Shown piece after piece: positions 1 through 13,779 of a DNA stretch of 64,000 nucleotides. This stretch comes from Hemiscyllium ocellatum (lineage: Eukaryota), in assembly GCF_020745735.1 (NCBI RefSeq), contig NC_083409.1, positions 6,809,534-6,873,533 of the forward strand, read 5' to 3'. The stretch's first letter is position 1. Each line of letters begins with the position of its first letter. The position numbers and the translations under genes are program-made. Under the pieces are notes generated by a model. The model saw only the letters and a list, made by a program, of their open reading frames with translations. It was not told the origin of the DNA and did no database searches.

Positions 1-192
1 GATCAGAGACTCCTGTGAATCGAGTTGCTGCATTGTAGATCAGGAGAGAGGGTTTCTGACCTTCTCGCTGCTGGTACCAAGCAAGGTTGCTGCCAATGTC
101 TTGACTGGCCGTACAGGTAATGGTTGCGGTCTGGCCCAGTCCCACTGATAGCATTGGGGGAGACTGGCTCATGATGATGTCCCCACTGATAC
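1..192 (-). CDS. Ig kappa-type (type III/NS4-like) light chain V exon, partial (runs off the window)
   Basis: Reverse complement reads ...cccctcag|GT ATC AGT GGG GAC ATC ATC ATG AGC CAG TCT CCC..., translating to (G)[65 protein letters not shown]1 Cys and WYQQ are present and the frame is open to the window edge. Confidence 0.93.
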
Positions 193-378
193 CTGAGGGG
201 TCAGAGAGAAACACAGTGAAGTCAGAACTGTCACAGAAAGAGCCGGTCAAAGGAGAAATTGTTGGAGACACTGAGCATTCCTCTGGTTTCAGCATTTTCC
301 CTTCAATCACTAGTCAGTGGAATTGGAGTGAAATAGAGAGCAGCTAAAGTTTCAAGGTGGAAAGAGAGAGCTTTATAC

Positions 379-427
379 CTGCGACACAGAATGCCAGGGG
401 CCAGATCATCTGGATGTGTGAAATCAT
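379..427 (-). CDS. Ig kappa leader exon of V1
   Basis: ATG at 427, 49 nt encoding MISHIQMIWPLAFCVA(G), canonical GT donor at 378-377. The 186-nt phase-1 intron ends in AG at 194-193. Confidence 0.92.
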
Positions 428-487
428 GGCGTGTGTTCCTGTACCTGTGCCTGGTTCCTGATAAACTCTCCCTTCACTGGGCTCTGC

Positions 488-567
488 TTTATAAAGCTGC
501 ATCCTGTGAGAGTCTGACTGGGTGTTCCTCAGTATGTAAATGGCATCAGGCAGAGAGAGCCACGTCA
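488..567 (-). promoter_or_regulatory. V1 promoter: TATA, octamer variant, CRE-like site
   Basis: TTTATAAA 488-495; ATGTAAAT 534-541 (ATTTACAT on minus, one mismatch from ATTTGCAT) about 110 nt upstream of the ATG; GCCACGTCA about 559-567. The same arrangement is conserved at V2. Confidence 0.75.
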
Positions 568-1642
568 GCCCCTCACACTTCCTCTTCTCCCTCTCTCTCT
601 CTCTCTCACTCTTTCTGTCTCAGAGTCATTGATGTGAACAGCACTGAATGAGGCCATTTGGCCCATTGTTGTCTGTGCTGGTAAACAAAGATCTGATGGC
701 ACTAATCCCATCCTCCAGCTCTTGGCCCATTACCCTGGTGGCTACAGCAACACAAGGGAATATCTAAACACTGCTCCAATGTCAAGAGAGTTTGTGACTC
801 AACCAGGCTTTCAGGCAGTGAGTTCCAGATTCCCACCACCCTCTGGGTGAAAACATTTCTTCTCAACTCTCCTCTCACTCTCCAACTCTCCAACTAACCT
901 GGCCATGGACTCACTCGTGAGCACAACGATGAGAGGGGATCTGATTGAAACATATAAAATTGTAACAGGGCTGGGCAGGGAGGAGGTTTCCCCTGGTTGG
1001 GGAGTCTGGAACCAGGGGACACAGGCTCAGGTGGATACAGGGTAGTCCATTTCAGACTGAGACGAGGAAACATTTCTTCACTCAGAGGGTGATCAACCTG
1101 TGGAATTCTCTTCACTGAAGGCTGTGGAGGACAAGGAATGAATATATTCAAGAAAAAGAGAGAGATAATTGTTTTGCATTTTAACAGCTTGAAGAGAATG
1201 GGGAGAAGGCAGGAATATGGCTTTGAGAGAGAGGATCAGCCATAGATCATAGAATGCCTACAGTGTAGAAACAGGCCATTTGGCCGGACACGCCCCACAC
1301 CGACCCTCGAAGAAATAATGACATTCAAAAATTGATACAGCCATAATCATACTGAATGGCAGAGCTGACTCAACGGGCCGAATGGCCTACTGCTGCTCAA
1401 AGTTTCTACGTGTCCATGTCTGTGTTACCTTCAATCTCTGCACCAGGTTGTTAAGTCCTTTATTCATGTAAAAAGTGCCATCCTACCCACCTTATCACTG
1501 TCCTGAATAATCTTATCCCTCTCTATCAGGTCACTTTTAAGCCTTCACTGCTCAAAGCTCACATTCAGGCAGCAACCTGGGAAATCTCCCCTGTACCCTC
1601 TCAGGTACAATCACGTTCTTCCCTGAGTGTGGTGACCAGGCC

Positions 1643-2276
1643 ATGTCCCTCTCTCCCTCTGACTCACATCTGCCATTTCTTTCTCTGTACCTCTATCTCT
1701 CTCTCCCACTGTTAATCTCTTTCATGTTCTCTCTCTCTCTCTCTCTCTCTCCCCCACACACACACACACAGTCGCATAGCCACTCTCTCCAACTCACTGA
1801 TGCTTTCTCACTCCATCTTATCATCTGTTTTTCCATCTCTCACTGTCTCTATTACTTGCTCCCTCTCTCACTTCAATTAAAAGCCTCCAATTGTTATCTG
1901 TCACTTTCTATTCCTCCCTCTTTCTCTCTCCTTCCCTCTCTAAATCCCAATTTGCAGTCTCTCTCCCTCTCTCTGTCATTATAAATCTGCCCATACTCAT
2001 CTCTCTCACACACACACTTAATCCTACCCTCCCTCGCAACTCTCGTCATGCTTAGTCTCACACCCATCCTGTCTCTTTCTCTCTCTCTCATAGTCTCTTT
2101 CTCTCTCTCCATCCCTCTCAGTCACTCTGTCTTGCATCTTGTTTCTCTCTCTATCCCTCAACCTCACCATTTTTACCTCTCTCTTGTTCCCCTCACATAT
2201 CTTACACTGTATCAGATGCTCGTCCCTCTAACGCTCTCTCCCTCACACTTTCTTTCTTTCTCTCTCTCTCTCTCAC

Positions 2277-2307
<31 letters not shown>

Positions 2308-2460
2308 AACCTACACTCTCTCTCCCGATTCCCTTCGTTCTTGGTCTCACACCCATCCTTCCTCTTTCCCTCACTCCATCCCTCTCAGTCACATCTTGTT
2401 TATATCTTGTTTTCACTCCATCTCTCTCTCTGTCTCACAGCTCTCTCTTTCTGACAGTGT
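1643..2460. repeat. CT/CA-rich microsatellite, low-complexity tract
   Basis: Long (CT)n and (CA)n runs, mirrored as a GA-rich tract at about 19600-20030. Confidence 0.9.
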
Positions 2461-3279
2461 CCTGGGTGGTGACAGTTGATTGCAGGATAGATCTCCCTCT
2501 GCTCTGCCCCACTAATGGATATTAACCCTTGCCCCCAGTCTTCTCCTGGAGTAAGACCCTATTTCCACGTTGACCAGGGTTTGGCCTCTCTCAGGAAGAT
2601 GGACAGATTCTGGTCAAATGAAGGGCAGTTCTGTGCTGTTCTGTGCTGTTGGCCTATTCTCACAGGGGACTGATTTGGACACAAACCTCATTCCATGAAG
2701 GCCTAGCAGAGAGAGGAGATCCTCAGATCATCAGCGTGAGTTGGAGGCACAGGACAGGCTCTGACCCACTGACCAGCTTGTCCATTCACAACATGTTCCA
2801 ATCCCTTCCCCGCTCCTTCCCCTTCCATGGTCAGTCTTTTCTGAAATGGAGTGGTCCCTTCCCTGTCTCACACCAAGGAGGAGATGGACAGATATTTAAT
2901 GGGTAATGGGTTAAAGGATGATGGAGAGTGGGCAGGAAAGTAGAGTTGAGTCTGAGATGGGATCAGCCATGATTGTATTAAATGGTGGAGTGGGCTCGAG
3001 GGGCTGAATTGCCTGCTCCTGCTCCTAGTTCTTATGAAATTCCACCCTCTGCCCCATCCCTATTACTGCAAGTTTGTGAACATTCTTGGAATGTTTGGAC
3101 ATTGAAGGTGTTATGTGAATTCAAGATTTGTGCGGATTTAATGTGGGGACAGAATTGCACACGGGCTGTGATAGCTCCTGACGTTGAATATCCTTCTGGC
3201 AGGCTTCCGCCTTCCATATACAGAATGGAGAAGTGGTGGAGGTCGGGATGTACTGCCGCGGTACACGGCACTGTCCTCT

Positions 3280-4440
3280 AGCAATGTGGTTGACTCTCTA
3301 GTGCCTTCTGAAATGGCCGAGCAAGGGTCTCAGTTGTATCAATTATGACAATGTTTCAACAAAGAAATGAGACGGGACGGACCACAGGCATCGACCTCGA
3401 CACCGAAAAGGCAATGACCGAAACACCCCTGTCTACCCTGCAGCTGGAACCAAAAAGATGGAAAAAGATGTTTGACCCCATCCTCACCAATCTTGTGGCT
3501 GTAGATGCATCTATCCTTGACAGTATTGTTAAGAGTGACCATCACACAGTCCTTGTGGAAACAAAGTCTGACCTTCACATTGAGAATCCCCTCCATCGTG
3601 TTGTGTGGTACTATCACCGTGAGAAATAGGACAGACTCCAAACAGATATTGCAACTCAAGGCAAACTCGTACATGGGGAAGATTGCCAATGATTGCACAA
3701 TGCCCAGCACCATTCTCAAGTACTGAAGCAGTCCACGTGCAAACGCAACAATATTTGGACAATATCCAGGTTTTGGCTGAGAAGTGACATTTCCCATTGG
3801 TGCCATGCAAATAACAGCCAATCACCATCACCAATAAGTGACAATCGAAACATCACCCCTTGCCAATCAATGCTATTACCATCACTGAATCCCCACTATC
3901 AACATTCTTGAGGTGCCATTGACCAGAAATACAACTGGATTCACCAAAGAAGCAGAGTGGTTACGAGAGCAAGTTAGAGGCTAGAAATACTGCATCGAGT
4001 AACTCACCTCCTGATCCCTCCAAAGCCTGTCAACCAAGTCAGGAGTGTGATCGAATGCTCCCCACTTGCCTGGATGGGTGCAGCTCCAACAACATTCATA
4101 GATTGATAGTGTCACAGAGTCATATACCACAGAAACAAACCCTTAAGCCAAACTTCGACATGCTGACTAGGTTTTTTGAAGTGAACTCATCTTATTTGCC
4201 TGCATTTCACACATATCCATTGAAACCTTTCCTATCTATGTCTATTGTATACTATGTCTTTCTTATCCACTCAAAAAGCTTGATACCTTCCAGAGCAAAG
4301 CAAACTCCTTGATTGGCATTGCATTCTCAAAGCATCCAAACTCACCGTCACTGACGCTCCATAGCAGCAGTGTGTATTACCGATAAGATGCACTGCAGAA
4401 ATTCATCACCGATCTTCAGATAGCACCTTCCAAACCCATG
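3280..4440 (+). mobile_element. Degenerate non-LTR retrotransposon fragments (CR1/L2 group, second family)
   Basis: Translations such as DPILTNL..DASILDSIVKSDHHTVLVETK resemble the end of an APE endonuclease. A 3' RT-like tail follows. Related fragments occur at 15810-16200, 29720-30070, 37650-37950 and 42130-42660. Confidence 0.65.
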
Positions 4441-4448
4441 GACGAAGC

Positions 4449-4630
4449 TAGAAATTGCAGGAAAAGCTCAGCAGGTCTGGCAGCATCTTGGAGAGAAATC
4501 AGAGTTAACATTTCAATTTGAGTATGAAATATTAACTCTGATTTCTCTTTACAGATGCTGCCAGACCTGCTGAGCTTTTCCAGCACTTTCTATTTTTGTC
4601 TCGGATTTACAGCATCTGCAGTTCTTTTGG
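4449..4630. mobile_element. Fold-back pair of Penelope-type 3' tails
   Basis: GAAAAGCTCAGCAGGTCTGGCAGCATC...AGAGTTAA (4449-4508) is inverted at TTAACTCTG...GATGCTGCCAGACCTGCTGAGCTTTTC (4532-4592). Confidence 0.75.
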
Positions 4631-6719
4631 TTTCCTTCCAAACCCACGTTCACTTCCATTTAGAACAAGAGCAGCAGATACATGGGAACACTGTGAGCTG
4701 CAAGTTCCCTTGAAAAAGCTTAGCATCCGGACTTGGAAATATGTCGCTGATCCCTCAGCCTTGCTGGGTTAAAATGCCGGCATTTTGGGTCAACTTACAG
4801 CTTGTGGACAATAACAATTCAAGATGTCAGCTTCCCACCACCTACTCCAGGGCAACTAGGGACAGGGTAAAAAATGTTGACACAGCCGGTGAAGCCCACT
4901 TAGCACAAGTGAATATGCATAACCAAATGAAGTGTTCCTCAGGAGGGGAGAGGGAATGTTCAGGATCCTGAACTCCATTTCCCATCGCAGGCAGTTTGTC
5001 TCCCAATGAATGAATGAGATGCCAATTTGAAGCCCAGGTTCAGGGCAGTCTCATCTGTGGCCATGAGGTCTATAAGAGGGAATTGGAGATTGAGATGTAA
5101 AGGAAAGATTTGCTGGGTTACGGGGAGAGAGAGGGAAGCAGTGGGACCAACTGGGTCATTCAAAGGCATGATGGACTGAATGGCCACCTCCTGTGCTGTC
5201 AGATTCCAGGGAGTGCAGATGGTTCACAGCTTTCTCCCGTCTCAGTAACAAACATCCAGCTGCTCCGAGCTCCTTCTTTCACTTCCTCTCTTGGTGAAGT
5301 TTCAAGCTTGCGATCTGAAAGCCTTTGCAGTTATTTTTTACACTGGGGCTTTCTGCTGTGGTCAGAATCTCTAATAATAAGAGTCTGATCAGTGACAATC
5401 ACAGCAGCTAAGAGCAGTCAGGACTGAGAAGCCAAGTTCACTGTGTAACACATTGGTAGGATCAAAGTCATCCTCTTCAGCTCCCGGTACCAACTCCATT
5501 CCTCTCCCTGAGCACTGTCTGCTGCTCAACCAGACACTTCACAACGTTGGCCTCATCTTTGGGGCTGATTTGAGGCCCAAATCCTCCACATCACAATTAC
5601 CAGCCACTGAAAATCTCAACCATGTTTTTGTGACTACAATTGTGACCATTCCAATATTATCCAGGCCCACATCACAGACACTGACTTCTGTAAACATCAG
5701 CTCATCCCAACCTCTGCTGTCTGTGTTCAAACTCACACCAAGTCCACCCCACACCCCTACCCACGCCTCCCCACCCCACCATAACCACCACAATCCTCAC
5801 TGACTGACTTAGGCTACTGGTCCAGCAACACCTCCATTTTCAAATTCTCATCCTTGTTCTCCGTCTGCTCCCTGTTCTTCCACCCTCCCTATCTCTGTGA
5901 CCTCCTCCAAGTTGCCTCACTCAGTGTGATCAATAATCTTGGATATATGGCTCTCTGTTTCTTCATCCAAGTCCTTGAGAAATATTGTGAAAAGCTGAGG
6001 TCCCAGCACAGATCCCTAGGAATACCACTACTCACATCTGGCTCATTGGAACACACACACATTATCCTTCCTCTCTGTCTCCTAAACAGGACCATTCCTG
6101 ACCCAAGGTAAATGCATTTCTCAAATTCCATCCAATTCATGATTTGGAGATGCCGGTGTTGGACTGTCATGTAAATGTTAAAAACCACAGAACACCAGGT
6201 TCTAATGCAGCAGGTTTGTTTGGAAGCATCAGCGTTTGGAGCGCTGCTCCTTCATCAGATGGTTGTGGAGTGTAACATCTGCATTAATGTTTCTTTTGTG
6301 GAACATTCTTAAATGTCTTTTGGAATTCCCTATCGAAATAGCCATCGACATTCCCTTATATCCCACACTAGTGAGCTCCTAACGAAGTGTAACCAGGTTA
6401 GTTAAAGATGTCTGAACCTATGCCAATCCATGCTGACTTACTCGGAATTGTTCATGTTAGTTAGTCATTTATTAGTCATCCTGTCTCTAAAAACAGATTC
6501 AATCAATTTCTGACAACAAACATTCAATGGAGATGTTCATTGTGAATGAGGCTCGTAAACAGCTAGCACTGACACGAGGATCTGAACAGCCTCCTCCTGT
6601 GCTGGCATCTTCTCTGTCTCCTTGACCGAAATATTTTACAGATTAAAAATAAAGACCAGCAGCAAATTTTAAAATATAAATTAAAAAGTCCTCAAACAAT
6701 TTCCACATACAGGGCCGGG

Positions 6720-9700
6720 CGATGTGTAGTAATTGCACGATGGGGAAGGTGGTGGAGCCCATTGTAGCTCAGAGTGACCACATCTACAGCAAGTGTTGGT
6801 TGCTCAAGGCACTCCAACTCAGAGTTGATGAGCTGGAATCTGAGCTTCAAACACTGCGACACATCAGGGAGGGGGAGAGTAACCTGGACACTGTGTTTGG
6901 GGAGACAGTCACATCTTTTGGTTAAATACTTCAAATTATGGCCAGTGGTCAGGGACAGGAGGGTGTGACCAAAAGTGAACAGGTCGATGCAGCCTGGATT
7001 TAGCCTTACAGGTGCCTCAGCTCCTTGTCCAACAGGAATGAGGTACTTGCTGCCTGTGTCAATGAGGAAAAGGATTGTCGGGAGAATGGGAAAATGTAAT
7101 TTGAGGATTTTGGTGATAGTGACAATAACTCCGTAAGTTTCAAAGTCATTATATAGAAAGATAAAGATAGAGCAGAATTTATAATGTCTTAACTGGGGAA
7201 AGTGTGGGAATGTGTAGGTTAGGTGCATTAGCCACGGGAGATGCAGATTTACAGGGATAAGGTAGGGAGACAAGTCTGTGTGGAATGCTCTTCAGAATAT
7301 TGGTGTGGACTCATTGGTCTGAATGGCCTGTTTCACACGGTATGGATTCTATGATTCGATGACCCCTATGGGCAGTCATTGCTGGCTTGGCCAGAGATGT
7401 CCATTTCCTATGAATGAATGAAGGAAACCACTGCACCATGGTCCAGGAGGTCACTGAGAGCACAAAGACAACAATGGTCTTGATAATGAAGGGACCTGAT
7501 AGCATCGTTTGTGAGCAGGATTGCGAGCCCCACATGGTGAGTTGCCTGCCTGGTTTCAAGGTAAGGGCATCTCGAGCCGGCTTTTAAGTATAACAGACTT
7601 GGGGGGTGGTGGGATGGTTGAGGATCCAGTTGTTGTTGTCTGTGCTGGGACCAACAACATCAGCAAAAATCAGCAAAAGGCCCTATTTGGACAATATCAG
7701 GAAAGCTATCAGAAGGATGTTGATTAAACAGGTGGAGAGAAATAAGAAAGAGGTGAATACAGCATCAGTGCTGAGGAACAGAGTCCAGTGAATGGACCAA
7801 ATAAGAGTTCTATATACGAATGTATGGAGCGTAAGGAATAAATAGAATAATCTGCAGGCACAAATTCAAATTTAAGATTGTGGTATCAGATCAATTACTG
7901 AGACATAGTTGCAGAATCATTCAGATTGGGAACGATATCTATCGGGTTAGAAGGTTCACAGGATGGATATGGGGAAATGTCAGAAGAGGTGGAGCAGCTT
8001 CATTGATGAGGGAAAAAATGGCTTCAATGGTGAGGGAGGTCATAATGAGGAGGAAACATTCAGTGGGACTGAGGAGCAGGAAAGGATCTAAAACAAGAAT
8101 GCAAGATTGGCAACTAAATATCCCAAGGATACAGATGTATCAGATGGGTTCGAGAGGGAGGTAAAAGGTATGGAAGAGTTGCATTACAGGTCAGAGAGGA
8201 TATCACAGATGTGGTGAAGGAGGGCACTATGCAGGACTCGAGCAGTGGGGCAATATGGGCAGAGCTCAGAAACAGGAAGGGTGCAGCAACAATGTCGGTG
8301 CTATTCTACAAGCTTCCTAACATTGAACGTGGGATAGAGGTACAAATATGTAAACAGATTATGGAAAGATGTAGGAGTAACAAGGTGGTGGGTGATGGAA
8401 GATTTTAATTTTCCAAACATTGACTGGGATTCACTTAATGTTAGAAGTTAAGATGGAACAGAATTTGGAAGGAGCATCCAGGAGTATTTTACAGAGTAAT
8501 GTGGAAATAGTCTAACTCAGGAAGGGGCCAGACTGGACCTGGCATTGGGGAATGAGCCCAGCCAGGTGGTTGACATTGGGAAGAGTGATCACGATTTCAT
8601 AAGTTTTAGCATGTTCATAGACAAAGATGAAAGGGGTGCTAAAGGAAGAGGGCTAAAGTGGAGGAAAGCCAACTATTACAAAATTGGGTGGAGCTGGGGA
8701 ATGTGGATTGGGAGTAGCTGTATAAAAGGAAATCCACATTTGATATGTCGGAGGCTTTTAAAGAGAGGTTGACTAGAGTCCGGACAGATATGTCCCTGTG
8801 AAGATAATGGATTAAAATGGCAGGATTAGGAAACGCTGGATGACGGATTAAATTGTGAGACTAGCAAGGAGGAAAAAAGGATGCATACATAAGGTCTAGG
8901 TAGTTGAAAATAGACAAAGCTTTGGAAGAATATTGGGAAAGTTGGACCAATCTGAAATGAGGAATTAGAAGGGCTAAAAAGGGTCATGAAATATCATTAG
9001 CAAACAGGATGAAGGAAAATCGAAAATCCTTTTATTCATATGTAAGGAGCAAGTGGGTGACTAGAGTAAAGGTTGGCCCACTCATGGACAAAGAAGGAAT
9101 GTTATGTGTGGAGTCAGAGAAAATGGGTGAGATTCTTAATGAGTACTTTACGTCGGTATTCACGAAGGAGAGAGAAATGACAGATGTTGAAGTCGGGGAT
9201 AGATGTTTGATTACTCTAGATCAAGTCGGTTTAAGGAGGGAGGAAGTGTTGGGCATTTTAAAAGGCATCAAGGTGCACAAGTCCCCAGGCCGGGATGGGA
9301 TCTATCCCAGGTTACTAAGGGAAGCAAGAGAGGAAATCATTGGGTCCTTTATCGATATCTTTGTAGCAACCTTGAACATAGTTGAGGTCCCAGAGGATTG
9401 GAGAATTACTAATGTTTAAGAAGGGTAGCCAGGATAATCCAGGTAACTATCAACCAGTGAGCCGGCTGTCAGTGATAGGGAAGCTGCTGTAGAAGATACT
9501 GAGGGATAAGATCTATTTACATTTGGAAGAAAATTGACTTATCAGTGATAGGCAGCATGATTTTGTGCAGGGAATGTCATGTCTTACAAACTTTATAGAT
9601 ATTTTTGAAGAAGTGATGAAGTTGATTGATGAGGGAAGGGCTGAGGATTTCATACACATGGACTTCAGTAAGGTGTTGATAAAGTTCCTCATGGTAGCCT

Positions 9701-10810
9701 GATGGAGAAATTAAAGTCGCATGGGGTCCAGAGTGTACTCACTAGATGGATAGAGAACAGGCTGGGCAACAGAAGACAGACAGTAGTAGTGGAAGGGAGT
9801 CTCTCAGAATGAAGAACAGGAATCTGTGCTGGTACCGCTCTTGGTTTTGATATACATAAATGATCTGGAGGAAGGTATAGGTGGTCTGATTAACAAGTTT
9901 GCAGATGACACTAAGATTGGTGGAGTAGCAGACAGTGAAGGGGACTGTCAGAGAATACAGCGGAATATAGATAGATTGGAGAGTCGGGCAGAGAAACGGA
10001 TGGATGGAGTTCAATCCGGGCAAATGCGAGCTGATGAATTTTGGAAGATCCAAATCTGGAGTAAACTGTACGGTGAATGGAAAGCCCTGGGAAAATTGAT
10101 GGCCAGAGAGACCTGGGTGTTCAGGTCCATTGCACCCTGGAGGTGGCAACACAGATCGATAGAGTGGTCAAGAAGGCATATGGCATACTTTCCTTCATCA
10201 AACGTGGTATTCAGTAAAAGAGTTGGCAGGTCATGTTAGAATTATCTAGGACTTTGGCTTCGCCAGATTTGGAATACTGCCCACAGTTCTATTCGCCACA
10301 CTGCCAGAAGGATGTAGATGCTTTGTTGAGGGTGCAGAGGAGATTCACCAGGATTGCCTGGTATGGAGGGCACTTGCTATGAAGAGAGATTGAGTAGATT
10401 AGGATTACTCTCATTAGAAAGTCGAACATTGAGGGGGGACCTGATTGACGTCTACAAAATCACGAGAGGTGTAGACAGGGTGGATAGCAAGAAGCCTTTT
10501 CCCAGAATGGGGGATTCAATTACTCTGGGTCATGAGCTCAAAGTGAGAGTGGAAACATTTAAGGGAGATAAGTATGGAAAGTCCTTCACACATAAAGTGA
10601 TTTGTCCTGGAACACGTTGCCAGTGGAGGTGGTAGAGGCAGGCACAATAGCATCATTTAAGATATATCTAGATAGATACTTGGATGGGCAGGGAGCAAAG
10701 GGAGATAAACCCTTGGAAAATTGATGACAGGTTTAGCTGGAGGATATGGATCAGGGCAGGCTAGTAGGACTAAAGGGCCAGTTCTTGTGCTGTAATTTTC
10801 TTTGTTCTTT
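6720..10810 (+). mobile_element. Near full-length degenerate CR1 LINE (ORF1 remnants plus APE-RT ORF2)
   Basis: ORF1-like CSNC..CWLLKALQLRVDELESELQTLRHIRE (6722) and esterase-like PVVVVCAGTNNI (about 7620). ORF2 pieces include KSPGRDGIYPRLLRE and LIYINDLEEGIGGLINKFADDTKIGG, then the 3' tail. Many stops and frameshifts. Confidence 0.88.
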
Positions 10811-10829
10811 GAACTGAGGAAGCTCTGAG

Positions 10830-12900
10830 GAAAAGCGTGATCTTGGGTGCTTGTCCACTGAACGCTGAATGTGGCAAGACAGGTTAACAGAGCAGTTATG
10901 AAGACGTATGGGACACTTGCCTTTGCCATTTCAGGTATTGGTTATAAAAGCAGGAGGATATGTTGCGGTTAAGCAGAACATTGGTTAGGCCACAGCTGGA
11001 GTACTGTGTGCAGTTCAGGTCACCACACTGTAGGAAGGAGGTGATTGCACTGGATGGGGTGCAGAGGGAATCTCCAGGATGTTGCGTGGGATGGAACCTC
11101 TCAGTGATGAAGAGAAATTGGATCAGCTCGGGTTGTTTTCTTTAGAGCAGAAAAGGTGGAGGGGGGTCGTGATAAAGGTGTATAAGGTTATGAGGGGAAT
11201 GGACAGCGTGGATAGAAAGCAACTGTTCTCCTTCTTGGGAGGGTCAATAACAAGTTGGCTCACATTTAATGTGAAAGATAGGAGGTTTCAAGTTTTTCAT
11301 CCAGAGGATAGTGTGCAGCCGGAATGCACAGCCTGGGGAGGTATTTGAGGTGAGAAACCTCACAAGCTTTAAAATGTACTTGGGTGAGCAGTTGAAATGT
11401 CATAACATTCAAGCTGTGGGCCTCATGTAGGAAAGTGGTACTGGTGTAGTTTGGATGGTATACAGTTAATGGGCTGAAGGGCCTCCTCTGTACTGTGCGA
11501 TTTTATGATTCGGTCATGGGTAGTTTCGGGCTCTTTATCTGTGGAAGGATTAGATTAGATTACTTACAGTGTGGAAATAGGCCCTTCGGCCCAACAAGTC
11601 CACACCTACCCGCCGAAGCGCAACCCACCCATTCCCCTATATTTATCCCTTCACCTAACACTACGGGCAATTTAGCATGGCCAATTCACCTGACCTGCAC
11701 ATCTTTGAATTGTGGGAGGAAACCGGAGCACCCGGAGGAAACCCAGTCAGACACGCGGAGAATGTGCAAACTTCACACAGACAGTCACGCGAGTCTCTGG
11801 CGCTGTGAGGCAGCAGTGCTAACCACTGTGCCACCATGTTCTGGCTGTGGAGGGAGGGAAGGAAAGGTTTACCAGACTGATTCCTGGGATGACAGCCCTT
11901 ACATCTGATGAGAAACTGGATCAGTTAGGATTATATTCATTGGCACTTAGTAGATTGAAAGGAATCATATTGTCACCTTGAAAATCCAAACAGGACAAGA
12001 CTAGAACAACCCAGGGAGGATGTTCCTGATGACTGAGGAATTCAGAACTACAAATTATGGTTTAAAGAAAAGGGAAAGGTTATTTCAGACTGAGCTGAGG
12101 AGACATTGCTTTCACCAGAGACTGGGAAGCTAGTGGAATATTCTGTCACAGAAAGCAGTTGAGCCCAAAACATTCAATATTTTCAAGAGAGGATAAGGAT
12201 ATTGTTAGGAGTAAAGGGGTTAAATTTCATGGAGAAAAAAATGGGAGCAGGGGACTAAGTTGGATGATCAGCCATGGTCATATTGAATGGCAGAGCCAAT
12301 TCGAAGGGCTGAATGGCTTCCTCTTGCTCCTAGTTCTTTTGTTTCTATGTTTGAGAGACTGTTCATAAACATAGAAACATATGGAATTACAGAGTCATAG
12401 AGTGATCGAGTCCTACAGCACAGAGACAGGCCCTTTAGCCCAAACTGGACCGTGCTGACCAAAATAACCATCCACACTAACCCCATTTCCCTGCACTTGG
12501 CCCATATCCTTCAAATGTTTTCCTATCTATGGTTTTGTCCAAATGTCTTTTAAATGTTGGTAATGTATCCACCTCAATCACTTCAGCTGGCATCTCATTC
12601 CACATGCGTGCCACCCTCTGTGTAAAAATGTTGGCCCTCAGGTTCCCTTTTATTCTTTCCTCTCTAACACTAAACTGATGCCCTCTCATCCTCGTTTCCC
12701 CGACCCTATCCATGTCTCTCATGATCTTATACACTTCCAGAAGTTCCCCCACAAGTCTCCTACGCTCTAAGAAAAAAGTCATAACTTGCCTAACCTCTCC
12801 CTATAACTCAGATTGTGGAGTCCAGACAACATCCTTGCAAATTTCTTCTGTACTCTTTCTGGTTTAGTAATATCCTTCCTATAACAAGGTGACCAAACTG
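10830..12900. mobile_element. Cluster of CR1 3' fragments (+ 10830-11500, + 11860-12350, - 12380-12900)
   Basis: Motifs LVRPQLEYCVQFRSP, RLVGELLEVYKIMR and IFTQRVARMWN. Confidence 0.8.
11548..11840 (-). mobile_element. HE1-like V-SINE
   Basis: Reverse complement gives a tRNA-like head GGTGGCACAGTGGTTAGCACTGCTGCCTCACAGC, the V-domain (GGGTGCTCCGGTTTCCTCCCAC) and a (TCTAA)n tail. Confidence 0.85.
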
Positions 12901-13630
12901 AATACAATATTCCCAGTGCGACCTCACTGACATCCTGAGCAAGATTAGCGATTAGATTCCCTCCAGTGTGGAAACAGGTCTTCAGCCAAACTAATCCACA
13001 CCGACCCTCTGAAGAGTAACCCACCTAGACCCATTTCCCTCTGACTAATGTACCCAAGACTATGGTCATTTTAACATGGCCAATTCACCTGACCTGCACA
13101 TCAAACTTATTAATCATGCCTTACAGATTCTCATTCAAATCATTAATATTGATAACAAACAGCAATGGGACCAGCACTGAGCCTTGAGGCACTCCACTCA
13201 ACACAGGCCTCCAGTCTGACAAACATCCTTCCAATATTACCCTCTGCTTCCTATCGAGTAAAAAATGAGGTCTGCAGATGCTGGAGATCACAGCTGCAAA
13301 TGTGTTGCTGGTCAAAGCACAGCAGGTTAGGCAGCATCTCAGGAATTTCGACGTTTCGAGCATATCAGGAATAAGAGAGAGAGAGCCAAGCCGGCTGAGA
13401 TAAAAGGTAGGGAGGAGGGACTAGGGGGAGGGGCGATGGAGGTGGGATAGGTGGAAGGAGGTCAAGGTGAGGGTGATAGGCCGGAGTGGGGTGGGGGCGG
13501 AGAGGTCAGGAAGAGGATTGCAGGTTAGGAGGGCGGTGCTGAGTTGAGGGAACCGACTGAGACAAGGTGGGGGGAGGGGAAATGAGGAAGCTGGAGAAAT
13601 CTGAATTCATACCTTGTGGTTGGAGGGTTC

Positions 13631-13779
13631 CCACAAGGTATGAAGGGAACCCTCCAACCACAAGGTATGAAGGGAACCCTCCAACCACAAGGTATGAAGG
13701 GAACCCTCCAACCACAAGGTATGAAGGGAACCCTCCAACCACAAGGTATGAAGGGAACCCTCCAACCACAAGGTATGAA
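13631..13779 (+). repeat. 27-bp tandem repeat x5.5
   Basis: CCACAAGGTATGAAGGGAACCCTCCAA repeated perfectly from 13631 to 13765, plus a partial copy. Confidence 0.97.

Larger units (their letters stand above)
1..6095. repeat. Left arm of inverted segmental duplication (V1 plus about 6 kb upstream)
   Basis: Blocks 1-900, 1650-2840, 5180-5600 and 5810-6095 are reverse-complement homologues of 20660-21564, 19215-20030, 15090-15515 and 14475-14770. Confidence 0.88.

Noticed and set aside
1643-2479. Ser/Leu-rich and Arg/Glu-rich ORFs
   Set aside because: Translations of CT/GA microsatellites.
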